Shown here piece after piece: positions 1 to 9,489 of a stretch of 64,000 nucleotides of DNA. Origin of the DNA: a virus; IMG/VR virus record IMGVR_UViG_3300045988_087221; one strand, written 5' to 3'. The position numbers were made by a program, and so were the translations under genes. Each line of letters starts with the position of its first letter. Position 1 is the first letter of the stretch. The notes below the pieces were generated by a model, which worked only from the letters and a program-made list of their open reading frames with translations, did not search any database and was not told the origin of the DNA.

Positions 1-7
1 TTCAGAA

Positions 8-229
8 TTAGTCATTAAATAACTTTTCAATAGATTTCTTATAATCTGAATTCTTATGTACGAAATACAGAGCACATATAGTATTTATTAGAGGGCATAA
101 TACTATAAATAAAGTTAGCAAATTTATTTCTACTTTCTTAAGGTCCATGCGATAACTAATGTAGAAGCAACTTGCAAGATATATTACTATGCAAATAAGT
201 CCTATAATAAGTAACTCTCCAAAACTCAT
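8..229 (-). CDS. small membrane protein (hypothetical)
   Basis: 73-aa ORF with two hydrophobic segments. ATGA overlap with upstream gene. Confidence 0.5.
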   Translation of the reverse strand: MSFGELLIIGLICIVIYLASCFYISYRMDLKKVEINLLTLFIVLCPLINTICALYFVHKNSDYKKSIEKLFND

Positions 230-1377
230 AATTCTTTAATATCAGAATCTTCAGACTTTCCTAGATATATATCATTTATAATACAATTACTTGTACGTAA
301 TTGTTCTATAAAACGTATTATACCGATAATTCTTGGAGATTTATCTTGATAATCACATATAGTAGGAATGTACTTAGTCTTAAGGCAATCCCAATGAGTT
401 ATGACAATGTTAAACTTACAATGATATGTCTCACTATAATTATCTAAACAATGTCTTTCTACAGCTCTTTTAAACAAAGGATAGTCAAAAGGACCTGTTT
501 TAAACTCTCCTTGTGGTCCATCGTTAGTATTTGATGGTTCTTCTAGAGTAAAATACATTCCTAAGTCCATAGAATAAGGATTGTATCCATTTCCATGTCT
601 AGTTAAATATGGACGCATAACTAAGTATACTTCTGCATTTTCTAGACACTTCTCTGGGATTCCATTTAATCCTACTTTACTAGGAGTACAGTGAGGCATA
701 AATCCTCTTTCCATATCTAGAAGAAGACCTTGTGAACCCTCCCAAATAACAGTATCAACCTCATCAGGATAATAAGTTCCGATTATAAAAGTCTCAGGAT
801 GTTCTTTAATAAAGGTACAAGCCTCTTTAAAAAGATCATCTAGTTTAGTGTCCCGTTCTAGATTATGATAATCCCTTACAGTCTGTAAAGCTACATCTGC
901 ATATTCATCTGTATAAGGACACATACGAGCACTATAAGTTACATTATCTTTGTTTCTTTTAAAACAAGCATGTATACCTTTACCACAAGTTCCATTATAC
1001 TTCACTCGTCCATCCATAGAGTCAGCTAATACATCATAAGGTGTAATAACTCTACAGTTAGGATTTATATATAACTTAGGAACTTCAATACCCTCACTAA
1101 CTAAGACTTTATATTCATTATAAATACATATTGGGTCAATGAATACTTCCTTATATAAGCAAGTTGGTACTCCTAGCAAAACACCGCTTCCCCAAGAAGA
1201 ACATACGTGTGATTTACCTTTATAAACCACACGATGACCGGCTTGTGGACCTCCACTAAATCTGATGACAACAGGTTTGTAACTATTCATACATAGCCAT
1301 TGTACTACATTACCCTTACCCTCATCACCAAATAGAGATCCAAGTACTATTTGATTACGAATTTGTTTGCTGTCCAT
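226..1377 (-). CDS. adenylosuccinate synthetase (PurA)-like enzyme
   Basis: Motifs in PurA order: GDEGKGN P-loop, GGPQAGH, CGKGI, EGSQGLLLD..PS, TRHGNG. Start placed at MDSKQ; the track ORF extends to 1410. Confidence 0.75.
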   Translation of the reverse strand: MDSKQIRNQIVLGSLFGDEGKGNVVQWLCMNSYKPVVIRFSGGPQAGHRVVYKGKSHVCSSWGSGVLLGVPTCLYKEVFIDPICIYNEYKVLVSEGIEVPKLYINPNCRVITPYDVLADSMDGRVKYNGTCGKGIHACFKRNKDNVTYSARMCPYTDEYADVALQTVRDYHNLERDTKLDDLFKEACTFIKEHPETFIIGTYYPDEVDTVIWEGSQGLLLDMERGFMPHCTPSKVGLNGIPEKCLENAEVYLVMRPYLTRHGNGYNPYSMDLGMYFTLEEPSNTNDGPQGEFKTGPFDYPLFKRAVERHCLDNYSETYHCKFNIVITHWDCLKTKYIPTICDYQDKSPRIIGIIRFIEQLRTSNCIINDIYLGKSEDSDIKEL

Positions 1378-2167
1378 AACTGTTAGAAACAATACGAGCA
1401 ATAGATTCACCTACATGCTCTTTATCTGAAATAATAAGATTGTCTCCTACATAAGGCTTCCAACTATCTGAAACCCTTTCTACACTATAATAACCATCAT
1501 GTTCTACATGAATGTGATAAATATCCCACTTCTCAGCGCACTCTCTGTAAATGAAAGAGGTAGCTAAATCTTCACTACACTCATCACCTATATAATGAGT
1601 TACTGCTTCTTTAGGAAGAGTTTTATGAATTGGCTCATCACTAATTGTGATTAAACAGCCTTTAATACCTCTTTTCTCCAGAGCATCGGTCTTAATATGA
1701 TTAGCAGCGAAGTACCAACACATATGAGGATCTTCTCCTCCATTGCCACCTCCTTTACCTTCAAGGTCAACTTTACGGAGCCATTTCTCCATAAGTTCAT
1801 CACTTGATTCAAACTGTCCTACTTGTAAAGGAGCCTCTTCATAACAGCCCTCTACATCGCCAAATGCCATAAAACAGATTTGAGGATTATCAATACCTGC
1901 CTTCATAATACTAGCTACACAATCTGGTAAAGTATTATCAATAAGATATTTAGGCACTTTACCCATAGAACCAGTCTCATCCAAAGCAATAATGATAGGG
2001 AATGATTCTGGGTGTTCTTCAGAATCACAAGACTCTCTGAAATTAATGTTAAGAGGATTCATTTCAGGGTCTAACTTTTTCTTGCTGAATGTCTTTTCAA
2101 TAGACTGAGATCTGTAACTATGACTTCTAGCTACAGCATCATTATACGAATAACTACCACATCCCAT
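1355..2167 (-). CDS. von Willebrand factor A (vWA) domain protein, TerY-like
   Basis: IIIALDETGSMG MIDAS-like DxTxS motif followed by an alpha/beta pattern. 270 aa. Confidence 0.6.
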   Translation of the reverse strand: MGCGSYSYNDAVARSHSYRSQSIEKTFSKKKLDPEMNPLNINFRESCDSEEHPESFPIIIALDETGSMGKVPKYLIDNTLPDCVASIMKAGIDNPQICFMAFGDVEGCYEEAPLQVGQFESSDELMEKWLRKVDLEGKGGGNGGEDPHMCWYFAANHIKTDALEKRGIKGCLITISDEPIHKTLPKEAVTHYIGDECSEDLATSFIYRECAEKWDIYHIHVEHDGYYSVERVSDSWKPYVGDNLIISDKEHVGESIARIVSNSYGQQTNS

Positions 2168-3228
2168 TACGCTTCCTCCTTTGCTTGTGATTTAATATTA
2201 CTAGCTAATGCACTAACTAAAGCATTTACATTATCTGTAAGTGCATCTACCTTAGCATTAATTTTATCTAATTCCGATGGTTCTGAAGTTTCAGTAGCAG
2301 GTTTGCTTGCTGCACCAAACATATTACCAAACATATTACCACCTCCCATAAGCTGACTCATCATCATCATAGTCATAAAATCAGAACTATTATTATCAGC
2401 GAGAGCCATAAGCATCATAGGATTGAATCCCTTACCTGCATTATTAAATAGTCCACCACCATTCATAGCAGACATCATAAGCAGATTCTTAACATCAAAT
2501 TTATTTCCACTCATATAAGCAAGAGCAAGTGGATTAAATCCATTAGAAGAATCAAAGTTAAATGGATTGACAATAACTCTAAATGTTGCAGAACCCATCA
2601 ACTCATCTTCAATAGCAATCTTATTGTTAATATTGCCATTAAAGTTCATAATCTTGATAGAACCATCTTCTGCTTTAGTCTTAACTACACCATAAGACCT
2701 GCCTGATTTTACAATATCTCCGATTACAATTTGATCAGAGTTCTTGCTAATATTGTAAATACAAGGCATAGGGAAAGTCATCTTATACTTCTTGAGTTTA
2801 CCTGCCGGAGAAACGCCTACGTATGCACCGTCACTATTCTTAAAACAAAGAACACCATCAGTGATACTGATTCTAGCACTCTCCTCAGCCTGTGGCATAA
2901 ACTCATTATACATATCTTTAGTTAAATCTCCAAAGACATTATCAACATTCATTTTTCCAAATTGTTCCATACTTGAAATATTTTTACTTATAGTATTAAT
3001 TTGTTTACCATTAATCTCAGAAATTGTTACCGTCTCATAACTTTCTTGTTCTCTAGAACTTGCATAAGTCCAGACAACTTGAAACTTACTGTCATAACCT
3101 ACAAGTTGTACTAAATCACCTCTTTTAAGCCCAGGACACTCATTAGCTACTATATAAGGTACAGTAGTTTCTGAATTCATTCTAGTAGGACTTAATTTAG
3201 TATTTGTAAATATACCTCTAATTACCAT
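2167..3228 (-). CDS. hypothetical protein with Gly/Met/Asn-rich C-terminal region and coiled-coil tail
   Basis: 353-aa ORF with start/stop overlaps with its neighbours. Low-complexity GGGNMFGNMFG segment. Confidence 0.55.
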   Translation of the reverse strand: MVIRGIFTNTKLSPTRMNSETTVPYIVANECPGLKRGDLVQLVGYDSKFQVVWTYASSREQESYETVTISEINGKQINTISKNISSMEQFGKMNVDNVFGDLTKDMYNEFMPQAEESARISITDGVLCFKNSDGAYVGVSPAGKLKKYKMTFPMPCIYNISKNSDQIVIGDIVKSGRSYGVVKTKAEDGSIKIMNFNGNINNKIAIEDELMGSATFRVIVNPFNFDSSNGFNPLALAYMSGNKFDVKNLLMMSAMNGGGLFNNAGKGFNPMMLMALADNNSSDFMTMMMMSQLMGGGNMFGNMFGAASKPATETSEPSELDKINAKVDALTDNVNALVSALASNIKSQAKEEA

Positions 3229-3230
3229 AA

Positions 3231-3458
3231 TTATAAACTATTAAGTATGCTTTTATATCTATCTAAATATTTAGAACCTAATGCAGACATTATTTTATAA
3301 AATCCTGACCTAAATCCATCATCAGAACTAACTAATTGTTTTATGCTCTTTATATAATAATCAGGTATATCAGATCTACATTCATGTTGCATTAAGTTCC
3401 TAGCTAGTGCCATTTTATTTAATATTTCACCAGCTGCCTTAGCTTTATCTTCAGTCAA
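3231..3458 (-). CDS. hypothetical protein
   Basis: 75-aa ORF in a packed same-strand array. Confidence 0.45.
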   Translation of the reverse strand: MTEDKAKAAGEILNKMALARNLMQHECRSDIPDYYIKSIKQLVSSDDGFRSGFYKIMSALGSKYLDRYKSILNSL

Positions 3459-3668
3459 GTTTAAATATAACTAAATATACTAATAAAAAGACCAAAGCTA
3501 CTCCTAGAATATCTATAAACATTCAAATAGCTCTAATAGATTTAAATGGATAACGTTTCTGATCATAGCTACTAATGAAGTTTTCTTTTACTTTAGCTTC
3601 ATTAATACCTGTAAGTCTAATGGTTTGTTCTTTGTTTTTTAAAGAATCAAAATAAGTTACTTCAAATT

Positions 3669-4076
3669 TCATATAAAAGATTCTCTATTATTAAATTTAT
3701 TTTGAGCATCAAGTACTCCTTCTTTATCTGTAATATCTACAATAAGTCCTATTTGTCGTAACCAAACATCAAATGGACCACTGTACCCTAGGTCACCAAC
3801 CCAACCTCCTTTACAAAATACTATTTTCTTCCAAACAAAAATAGCACATAATATCCCATCAACTTCACATAAATGTTTGCCTTCTGGAATATCTAGGAAT
3901 GTTGGAGCTAAACCTACTCCCTCTCGATAATATTTAGATATTCGAGTATGAAATACATCATCCTGCATAACTACTGCATCTGTCTCATAATTAGTAGACA
4001 ATTTACCATGCAAATAAAAATCAGGCTGATAAATCCAATTCTCGTTTCGACTACTTAATGGCTTAAATTTAATCAT
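3669..4076 (-). CDS. hypothetical protein
   Basis: 135-aa ORF with ATGA-type coupling to flanking small ORFs. Confidence 0.55.
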   Translation of the reverse strand: MIKFKPLSSRNENWIYQPDFYLHGKLSTNYETDAVVMQDDVFHTRISKYYREGVGLAPTFLDIPEGKHLCEVDGILCAIFVWKKIVFCKGGWVGDLGYSGPFDVWLRQIGLIVDITDKEGVLDAQNKFNNRESFI

Positions 4077-4228
4077 TTATGTTTCTTTTTCCATCGAAAC
4101 CATAAACCTAATACAATACCAATTATAAACCAAACTAGTATTGTAATAATAAAGGTTCCAATATTAAGTACAATCATAATCTAATATTTATAGAGAGGGC
4201 TAGCTATTAACCAGTCCTCTCTCGTTAA

Positions 4229-6688
4229 TTACTTGAATAACTTTTTAGCCCAATACAGGAGTTCTCTACAAACTGGTACAATTGCAGTAAGACCTACAAT
4301 CTCCAACCATGTTTCAATACTTAATGGCTCTGTTCTGAACACATCGCCACCAAATTGAACTATCAAAATTTGACCAATAAATATAACCAAACATATTCCA
4401 ATAAATGCAGGATTACTTAACAAACCATTAAAGATACTTCTGTCTTGTCCAAATACTCTTGCATTAAACAAGTTCCAGAATTGTAACATAACAAAAATAG
4501 TGAAGAACTCTGTAAGGCTATATGTATTACTAATCAGCAAATATAATAATATGCCGAAATACAAAATACCTACACCAAAGATTTCATACCACATTCTCTT
4601 TGTGATAATAAATGCCTTAGGATCACGTGGCTGTTCAGACATTACTGCTTCATTAGCTGGTTCTGTAGCCAATGCTAAAGCAGCAAAAGTATCCATAATT
4701 AAGTTAACCCATAGCATTTGGATAACAGTGAATGGTAAGTCTACCCCAATAAATGGACCTACACAAGCAATACCAATAGCTACAACATTTACAGTAAGCT
4801 GGAAAAGAATAAAGTGCTGAATATTCTTATACAAGCTTCTTCCCCACTTAACTCCTAAGATAACAGAAGGGAATGAATTATCAAGAAGAATAACATCAGC
4901 TGCATTCTTAGCAATATCAGTACCATTATTCATAGCTACACCTACTTCAGCTTGGTTAAGAGCAGCTGAATCATTAGTTCCATCACCAGTTACAGCTACT
5001 ACTTCTCCCATTCTCTGGAATCTCTTAACAAGTGTCTGCTTGTCTTCAGGTTTAGTTCTGGCAAATACATCTACTTTACGTAAATTAGTATCTGTCTGAG
5101 CTTCGACTTCCTTACCAAGCATTGTGTTAGGAGTCTGAGAGATATTAGCTTGAGCAGCGATAGAAGCAGCTGTTTCAGGATTATCACCTGTCACAATCTT
5201 AACTTTAATTCCTGCGTTTCTAGCAGCCTGAATTGCATCAGGTACATTACTTCTTACTGGGTCTTCGATAGCTACGTAGCCATCCCATATGAAGTCTGAG
5301 AGGGTATTTATATCAGAACCAATCTTGTGTGCAAAAGCAATACATCTTCTGCCTTTAGATTGTTGTTCTGCAAAATTAGGTATGTTCTCATTAGAGCAGA
5401 AATTCATTACTATTTCTGGAGCTCCCTTAATATAAGTAACTGCTCCATCACTAGTAATCATATATTTATTCTTAGAATTAAATTCTACTCTACCTGTTAT
5501 ATGAGTTTTATTTCTTTTATCGGTGATGTCAACTGACTTTTGTACATATTGCAGACAAGCACCCTCTGTAGGATTTCCTACTACTTCTCCTGCAGGACTA
5601 AGATTAGCAGTAGAATTAAGTACAATATTATTTATGACAGCATTTCTATCTGTAAAGTCCTGGAATACTACTTTCATTTTATTCTCTGTAAGAGTTCCTG
5701 TCTTATCAGTAAGAATAAGAGTTGTAGCACCGAGAGTTTCACAAGCATGCATCTTTCTAATAAGGTTATTAGCTTTAGCCATTCTCTTCATAGAATAAGC
5801 AAGAGCAAGAGTTACCGCCATAGGTAAACCTTCTGGTACTGCTACTACAATAAGAGCTACTGCAATCATTAAGAATTGTAAGCAATCATTTACAATATCA
5901 ATAGTATCTTTGCCTACATATCCTTGCTCTATAAATATATAACGTATAGCAAGAGACACAATAAGGATACCTGCAGCTGTGAATGCTATCTTATTAATTA
6001 AGCTAGCTAATCCATTAAGCTGTTTATTAAGAGGTGTTTCTACATCAGTAATAGAAGATGCTTCTCTAGCAGTCTTACCTACTTCTGTTTCATCTCCTAC
6101 TGCAAATACTTCACCTACACAAGTACCCTCAGCTACAATAGTGCTTTTATAAATTCTATTTGTAGGATAGGTAGCAGTCTCTGATTCAAAATTAGTTTTA
6201 GTTACAGGATTTGTTTCTCCAGTTAAAGAAGCTTCACTTACCTTCAAATTGCTATATTCTCTAACAATAATATCGGCAGGAACTTCTTCACCAGCTTCAA
6301 GTATTACAATATCCCCTACAACTAAGTCTTTACGAGCTACTTGAATTACTCCATTATCTCGTCTTACCTTAACTAGAGTATCATCACTACTAGTTAAAAG
6401 AAGGTCAAACTTTTTAGCTGCTGACCAGGTATTCCAAAAACCAATACCTACAGCTAAAGCAATGGCTACAATAATACCAATAGGCTCTGTAAATTCACCC
6501 TTTACAAATCCTAAGGCAATAGATACTGCAGCTGCAATAAGTAATATTACAATAAGTGGGTCTTTAAATCCATCAAGTAACATTACATACCAAGCATCTC
6601 TCTTCGGAGGTGTCAATACATTAATGCCATGTCTAGCACGTGAATCTTCTACTTCTGTTAAGCTAAGACCGTAATTTATATCTGTCAT
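4229..6688 (-). CDS. P-type (P2) Ca2+-transporting ATPase
   Basis: DKTGTLT phosphorylation site, TGE, VPEGLP (TM4), TGDGTNDSAAL hinge, NLIMDTFAALALATEP (TM6), cation-ATPase N-terminal motif. 819 aa. Confidence 0.9.
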   Translation of the reverse strand: MTDINYGLSLTEVEDSRARHGINVLTPPKRDAWYVMLLDGFKDPLIVILLIAAAVSIALGFVKGEFTEPIGIIVAIALAVGIGFWNTWSAAKKFDLLLTSSDDTLVKVRRDNGVIQVARKDLVVGDIVILEAGEEVPADIIVREYSNLKVSEASLTGETNPVTKTNFESETATYPTNRIYKSTIVAEGTCVGEVFAVGDETEVGKTAREASSITDVETPLNKQLNGLASLINKIAFTAAGILIVSLAIRYIFIEQGYVGKDTIDIVNDCLQFLMIAVALIVVAVPEGLPMAVTLALAYSMKRMAKANNLIRKMHACETLGATTLILTDKTGTLTENKMKVVFQDFTDRNAVINNIVLNSTANLSPAGEVVGNPTEGACLQYVQKSVDITDKRNKTHITGRVEFNSKNKYMITSDGAVTYIKGAPEIVMNFCSNENIPNFAEQQSKGRRCIAFAHKIGSDINTLSDFIWDGYVAIEDPVRSNVPDAIQAARNAGIKVKIVTGDNPETAASIAAQANISQTPNTMLGKEVEAQTDTNLRKVDVFARTKPEDKQTLVKRFQRMGEVVAVTGDGTNDSAALNQAEVGVAMNNGTDIAKNAADVILLDNSFPSVILGVKWGRSLYKNIQHFILFQLTVNVVAIGIACVGPFIGVDLPFTVIQMLWVNLIMDTFAALALATEPANEAVMSEQPRDPKAFIITKRMWYEIFGVGILYFGILLYLLISNTYSLTEFFTIFVMLQFWNLFNARVFGQDRSIFNGLLSNPAFIGICLVIFIGQILIVQFGGDVFRTEPLSIETWLEIVGLTAIVPVCRELLYWAKKLFK

Positions 6689-6709
6689 TTTTTCTGTTAT
6701 TATAATTAA

Positions 6710-7336
6710 TTAAAGAAATGAAATTGTTGGACGCTTCATAGCATCAATTGAAGTCCAACCTCCGAACTCACCAACTGCCTTAAAGCGCCATTCACCATCC
6801 TTTTTATAGGCAACACCAAGGATAACTGCCTGCTTATCAGAAATCTTAGTACCTTCCTTACCGTCTTCAAGATTAAACTTAGCTAAGACATTTACAGGAG
6901 TATTAGTGTTTCTCTGTACTCTATCACCTGTATAAATACGAAGACCCATATAAGGAATCTCACCAAATGTCTGGTGTGTAAAGTTATTGAGAGTAAATGC
7001 AATATACTCAACACGTGGGTCAAGCTCATTTAAGCGTACCTCAATAGTCTCATTATCAAGACCATCATTACCATTTGTATCACCCGAACGATCATCACCA
7101 CTATGACGAATACCTGGAGCACTTAAATTGTAATAAGCTACTTCGCCAATACAATTCTTATTAGCATCATACAGAAGAACAGTAGAATCCAAATCTACCT
7201 TCTCGATAGAACCGCCAATGCCAAATAAACCCTTACGTCTGATAGCTCCCCAGTTTGAACCAAAGAATAATTTACTCAAACCATTGTTAGACTCTTTAGA
7301 CAGATTGATTCTGCCACCTTTACTTAAATTAATCAT
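6710..7336 (-). CDS. TerD-domain protein
   Basis: N-terminal INLSKGGRINLSK and Ca-binding GDDRSGDTNGNDGLDNETI motif typical of TerD/TerZ. Confidence 0.85.
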   Translation of the reverse strand: MINLSKGGRINLSKESNNGLSKLFFGSNWGAIRRKGLFGIGGSIEKVDLDSTVLLYDANKNCIGEVAYYNLSAPGIRHSGDDRSGDTNGNDGLDNETIEVRLNELDPRVEYIAFTLNNFTHQTFGEIPYMGLRIYTGDRVQRNTNTPVNVLAKFNLEDGKEGTKISDKQAVILGVAYKKDGEWRFKAVGEFGGWTSIDAMKRPTISFL

Positions 7337-7371
7337 AAAGCTTTATTAAATAATTGTGAATTACTAATTAA

Positions 7372-7405
7372 CTAAAAATGGGAGTACCTAATTAAAGATA
7401 CTCCC
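7372..7405 (-). terminator. hairpin plus U-tract terminator after the upstream TerD gene
   Basis: GGGAGTA/TACTCCC stem (7380-7405) followed on the minus strand by ATTTTT. Confidence 0.5.
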
Positions 7406-7447
7406 TTATAGAATCAAGAATTAAAACCGAATTAATTTATCAATTAA

Positions 7448-8050
7448 TTAAATAGCTGGGGCATCTGGCAAGATGAGTCCATAGTTACGAAGAATATCAC
7501 GATAGATAACATTCTGATAACTACCCTTGTCTTCTCCAAGAGCCTTGAACTTCCAATCACCATTGTGGCGATAAAGTTGGCAGAATACAACACAGCGAGA
7601 CATACTTGCATCCTCAGTAAGATCAAACTTAGCCAAAGGAGTAGTGTTACCTTTAGCATACAAGTTGCAATAAGCATTGTTAACCATACCAAAGTTCTGC
7701 TGACGATTCTTAGCATCGTGAATATTAACTAAGATGATAATTTTCTGGACATCTGCAGGAACCTTAGTAGTGTCTACTACAATTGTCTCATCATCTCCAG
7801 CACCAGCACCTGTACGGTTATCACCTGAATGCTTAATAGCATCTTTCCAATTTGGGTTATTGTAGAAAATGAAACCATTGTCAGGATCTACTGCTTTATC
7901 CTGAGCATTCAAAGGAATAGTAGCTACATCCAAGTCAAATTCTACACCTGCCTGGGATGCTACATCCCAACCCAAACCAATTGAAAACTCTGTTACACCA
8001 TTTGCTTCTTTAGCGAGGTTGATGTTACCTCCTTTACTTAATTGAATCAT
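7448..8050 (-). CDS. TerD-domain protein (paralog)
   Basis: IQLSKGGNINLAK and GDNRTGAGAGDDETIVVD TerD signature. Confidence 0.85.
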   Translation of the reverse strand: MIQLSKGGNINLAKEANGVTEFSIGLGWDVASQAGVEFDLDVATIPLNAQDKAVDPDNGFIFYNNPNWKDAIKHSGDNRTGAGAGDDETIVVDTTKVPADVQKIIILVNIHDAKNRQQNFGMVNNAYCNLYAKGNTTPLAKFDLTEDASMSRCVVFCQLYRHNGDWKFKALGEDKGSYQNVIYRDILRNYGLILPDAPAI

Positions 8051-8064
8051 AATTGTGAATTGAA

Positions 8065-8256
8065 TTAATATTTACCGCAAAATTTACGGCTAATTATAGT
8101 CATAACTTTATCATAAGTTAACTTTTTAGCTTCCTTCTCAGAATAACCTTCTATAATATAAGAATCTACTATTTTCTCAATTGCAGCATTCATTTCAGAG
8201 AATAAGTATTTTTGTTCTTTAGTTAACTTATCATCATATAAATAAGATTTATTCAT
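8065..8256 (-). CDS. hypothetical protein
   Basis: 63-aa ORF that overlaps the upstream gene end. Confidence 0.45.
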   Translation of the reverse strand: MNKSYLYDDKLTKEQKYLFSEMNAAIEKIVDSYIIEGYSEKEAKKLTYDKVMTIISRKFCGKY

Positions 8257-8515
8257 CTACTTGTAAATCAGCCTGAGTACTTTCTATATAATCTTTTACA
8301 TCTAAGTCTGTAATAAGATTAACTAAGTCTCCAACAGTCTTTAGATTCTGAACTTTATCATCTGTGATAGGATAACCAAACTCCTGTTCACACTCAGTAA
8401 TAATCTCTACTAAATCAAGACTGTCTGCATACAAATCATCGAAAGTATCTTCACTCTTGGCATCTACACCTAGTTCTTCATTAATTATATTAATGACCCT
8501 TGTTTCTATACTCAT
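8249..8515 (-). CDS. acyl carrier protein-like
   Basis: 88 aa, acidic. LYADSLDLVEIITECEQEFG matches the ACP DSLD phosphopantetheine-serine helix II motif. Confidence 0.7.
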   Translation of the reverse strand: MSIETRVINIINEELGVDAKSEDTFDDLYADSLDLVEIITECEQEFGYPITDDKVQNLKTVGDLVNLITDLDVKDYIESTQADLQVDE

Positions 8516-8907
8516 GCTTCAGGTCTTACTGGATAAATAGCGTCCTCGAAACCATCAATATCATCAGCATCAAGACCACTAATAGGCTTATCACTGAATA
8601 GCTGATTATGAATTGCTACGTCAATACTAATGGAGCGAGCAAGAATAACTAATTCTTCAGCTGCAGCATTAACATCTGTAGTGAATTTAACTGGATCAAT
8701 ACTTCTAATCTTAGAAGCAATATCCATAGTAGTGTCATCTCCGAGATCTAACAGAGAATCAAACTTCATTCTCTTGTTACGGAAATTCACCACTTTGCTC
8801 TGAATGTTCTGTTCAGAGACACTTGCCATGTTCTTTAAGGCACTACTAACTCTAGAATCTTTTAAATCCTTAGTTGAAGCACCTACTACTTCTTTAATAC
8901 TTTTCAT
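8512..8907 (-). CDS. hypothetical protein
   Basis: 131-aa ORF, overlap-coupled. Confidence 0.5.
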   Translation of the reverse strand: MKSIKEVVGASTKDLKDSRVSSALKNMASVSEQNIQSKVVNFRNKRMKFDSLLDLGDDTTMDIASKIRSIDPVKFTTDVNAAAEELVILARSISIDVAIHNQLFSDKPISGLDADDIDGFEDAIYPVRPEA

Positions 8908-8913
8908 TCTTAA

Positions 8914-9489
8914 TTAAATTAATAAACGTTTATTTAAAATTACTGGTGTACCCTTTGATTCCTTAGTTGGACCTGGTGCAGGGAGTGCTTGAGACTCTTC
9001 ACCCTTAGGCTTATAATGTTCTTGTATATATGTACTGAAGGGCTTTGAATCAAGTAACGTTGGAATATGCCAATCAAAAAGCTCATAATGGATAGCTACT
9101 TCATTATCTACCTTATAAGTATCTGTACGAGCTAGAACCTTTTTAAGATCCATTTTATTTTCCTTAGGCTCATCAAATATGTAAGCTATTGAATTTTCAT
9201 CTGGCACTAATCCTATGACAAATAGAAAATTATATCCTTTGTTACATAGAGATGGAACGCCAAATAAACCTACACAATAAGCATTTAGATATGACATGTT
9301 CTTTTCACACGCTTTATAAAAAGGCCCCTTGTTATAATCAGGTTTCTCCTTCATTATATATACTGTCTTACTATCTTCAGGACGTATTAAATAGTATTTA
9401 GCATCAGGAATAGAGTCTTTGGAATTATTTCCAAAAAAACCCACTTCTGTCGAGGGAATACAACCCTTTACTACCTCATCTTCATTCAT
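8914..9489 (-). CDS. hypothetical protein
   Basis: 191-aa ORF. Confidence 0.5.
   Translation of the reverse strand: MNEDEVVKGCIPSTEVGFFGNNSKDSIPDAKYYLIRPEDSKTVYIMKEKPDYNKGPFYKACEKNMSYLNAYCVGLFGVPSLCNKGYNFLFVIGLVPDENSIAYIFDEPKENKMDLKKVLARTDTYKVDNEVAIHYELFDWHIPTLLDSKPFSTYIQEHYKPKGEESQALPAPGPTKESKGTPVILNKRLLI

Noticed and set aside
226-1377. Calling the PurA homolog PurZ, which would imply a Z-genome phage.
   Set aside because: The P-loop Asp is retained, no DatZ or MazZ partners are in the window, and no phylogeny is available. It is kept as an open question only.
4500-6674. Plus-strand track ORFs inside the ATPase gene (4500-4820, 5327-5536, 5523-5798, 5540-5827, 6462-6674).
   Set aside because: They are antisense to an 819-aa ORF with complete P-type ATPase motifs, and their products are low-complexity. 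They are shadow ORFs.
7444-7716. A 90-aa ORF overlapping the second TerD gene in another frame (similarly 19872-20162, 17613-17798 and 32003-32233).
   Set aside because: These are out-of-frame overlaps with better-supported genes, and their products are hydrophobic or low-complexity. They are likely spurious.
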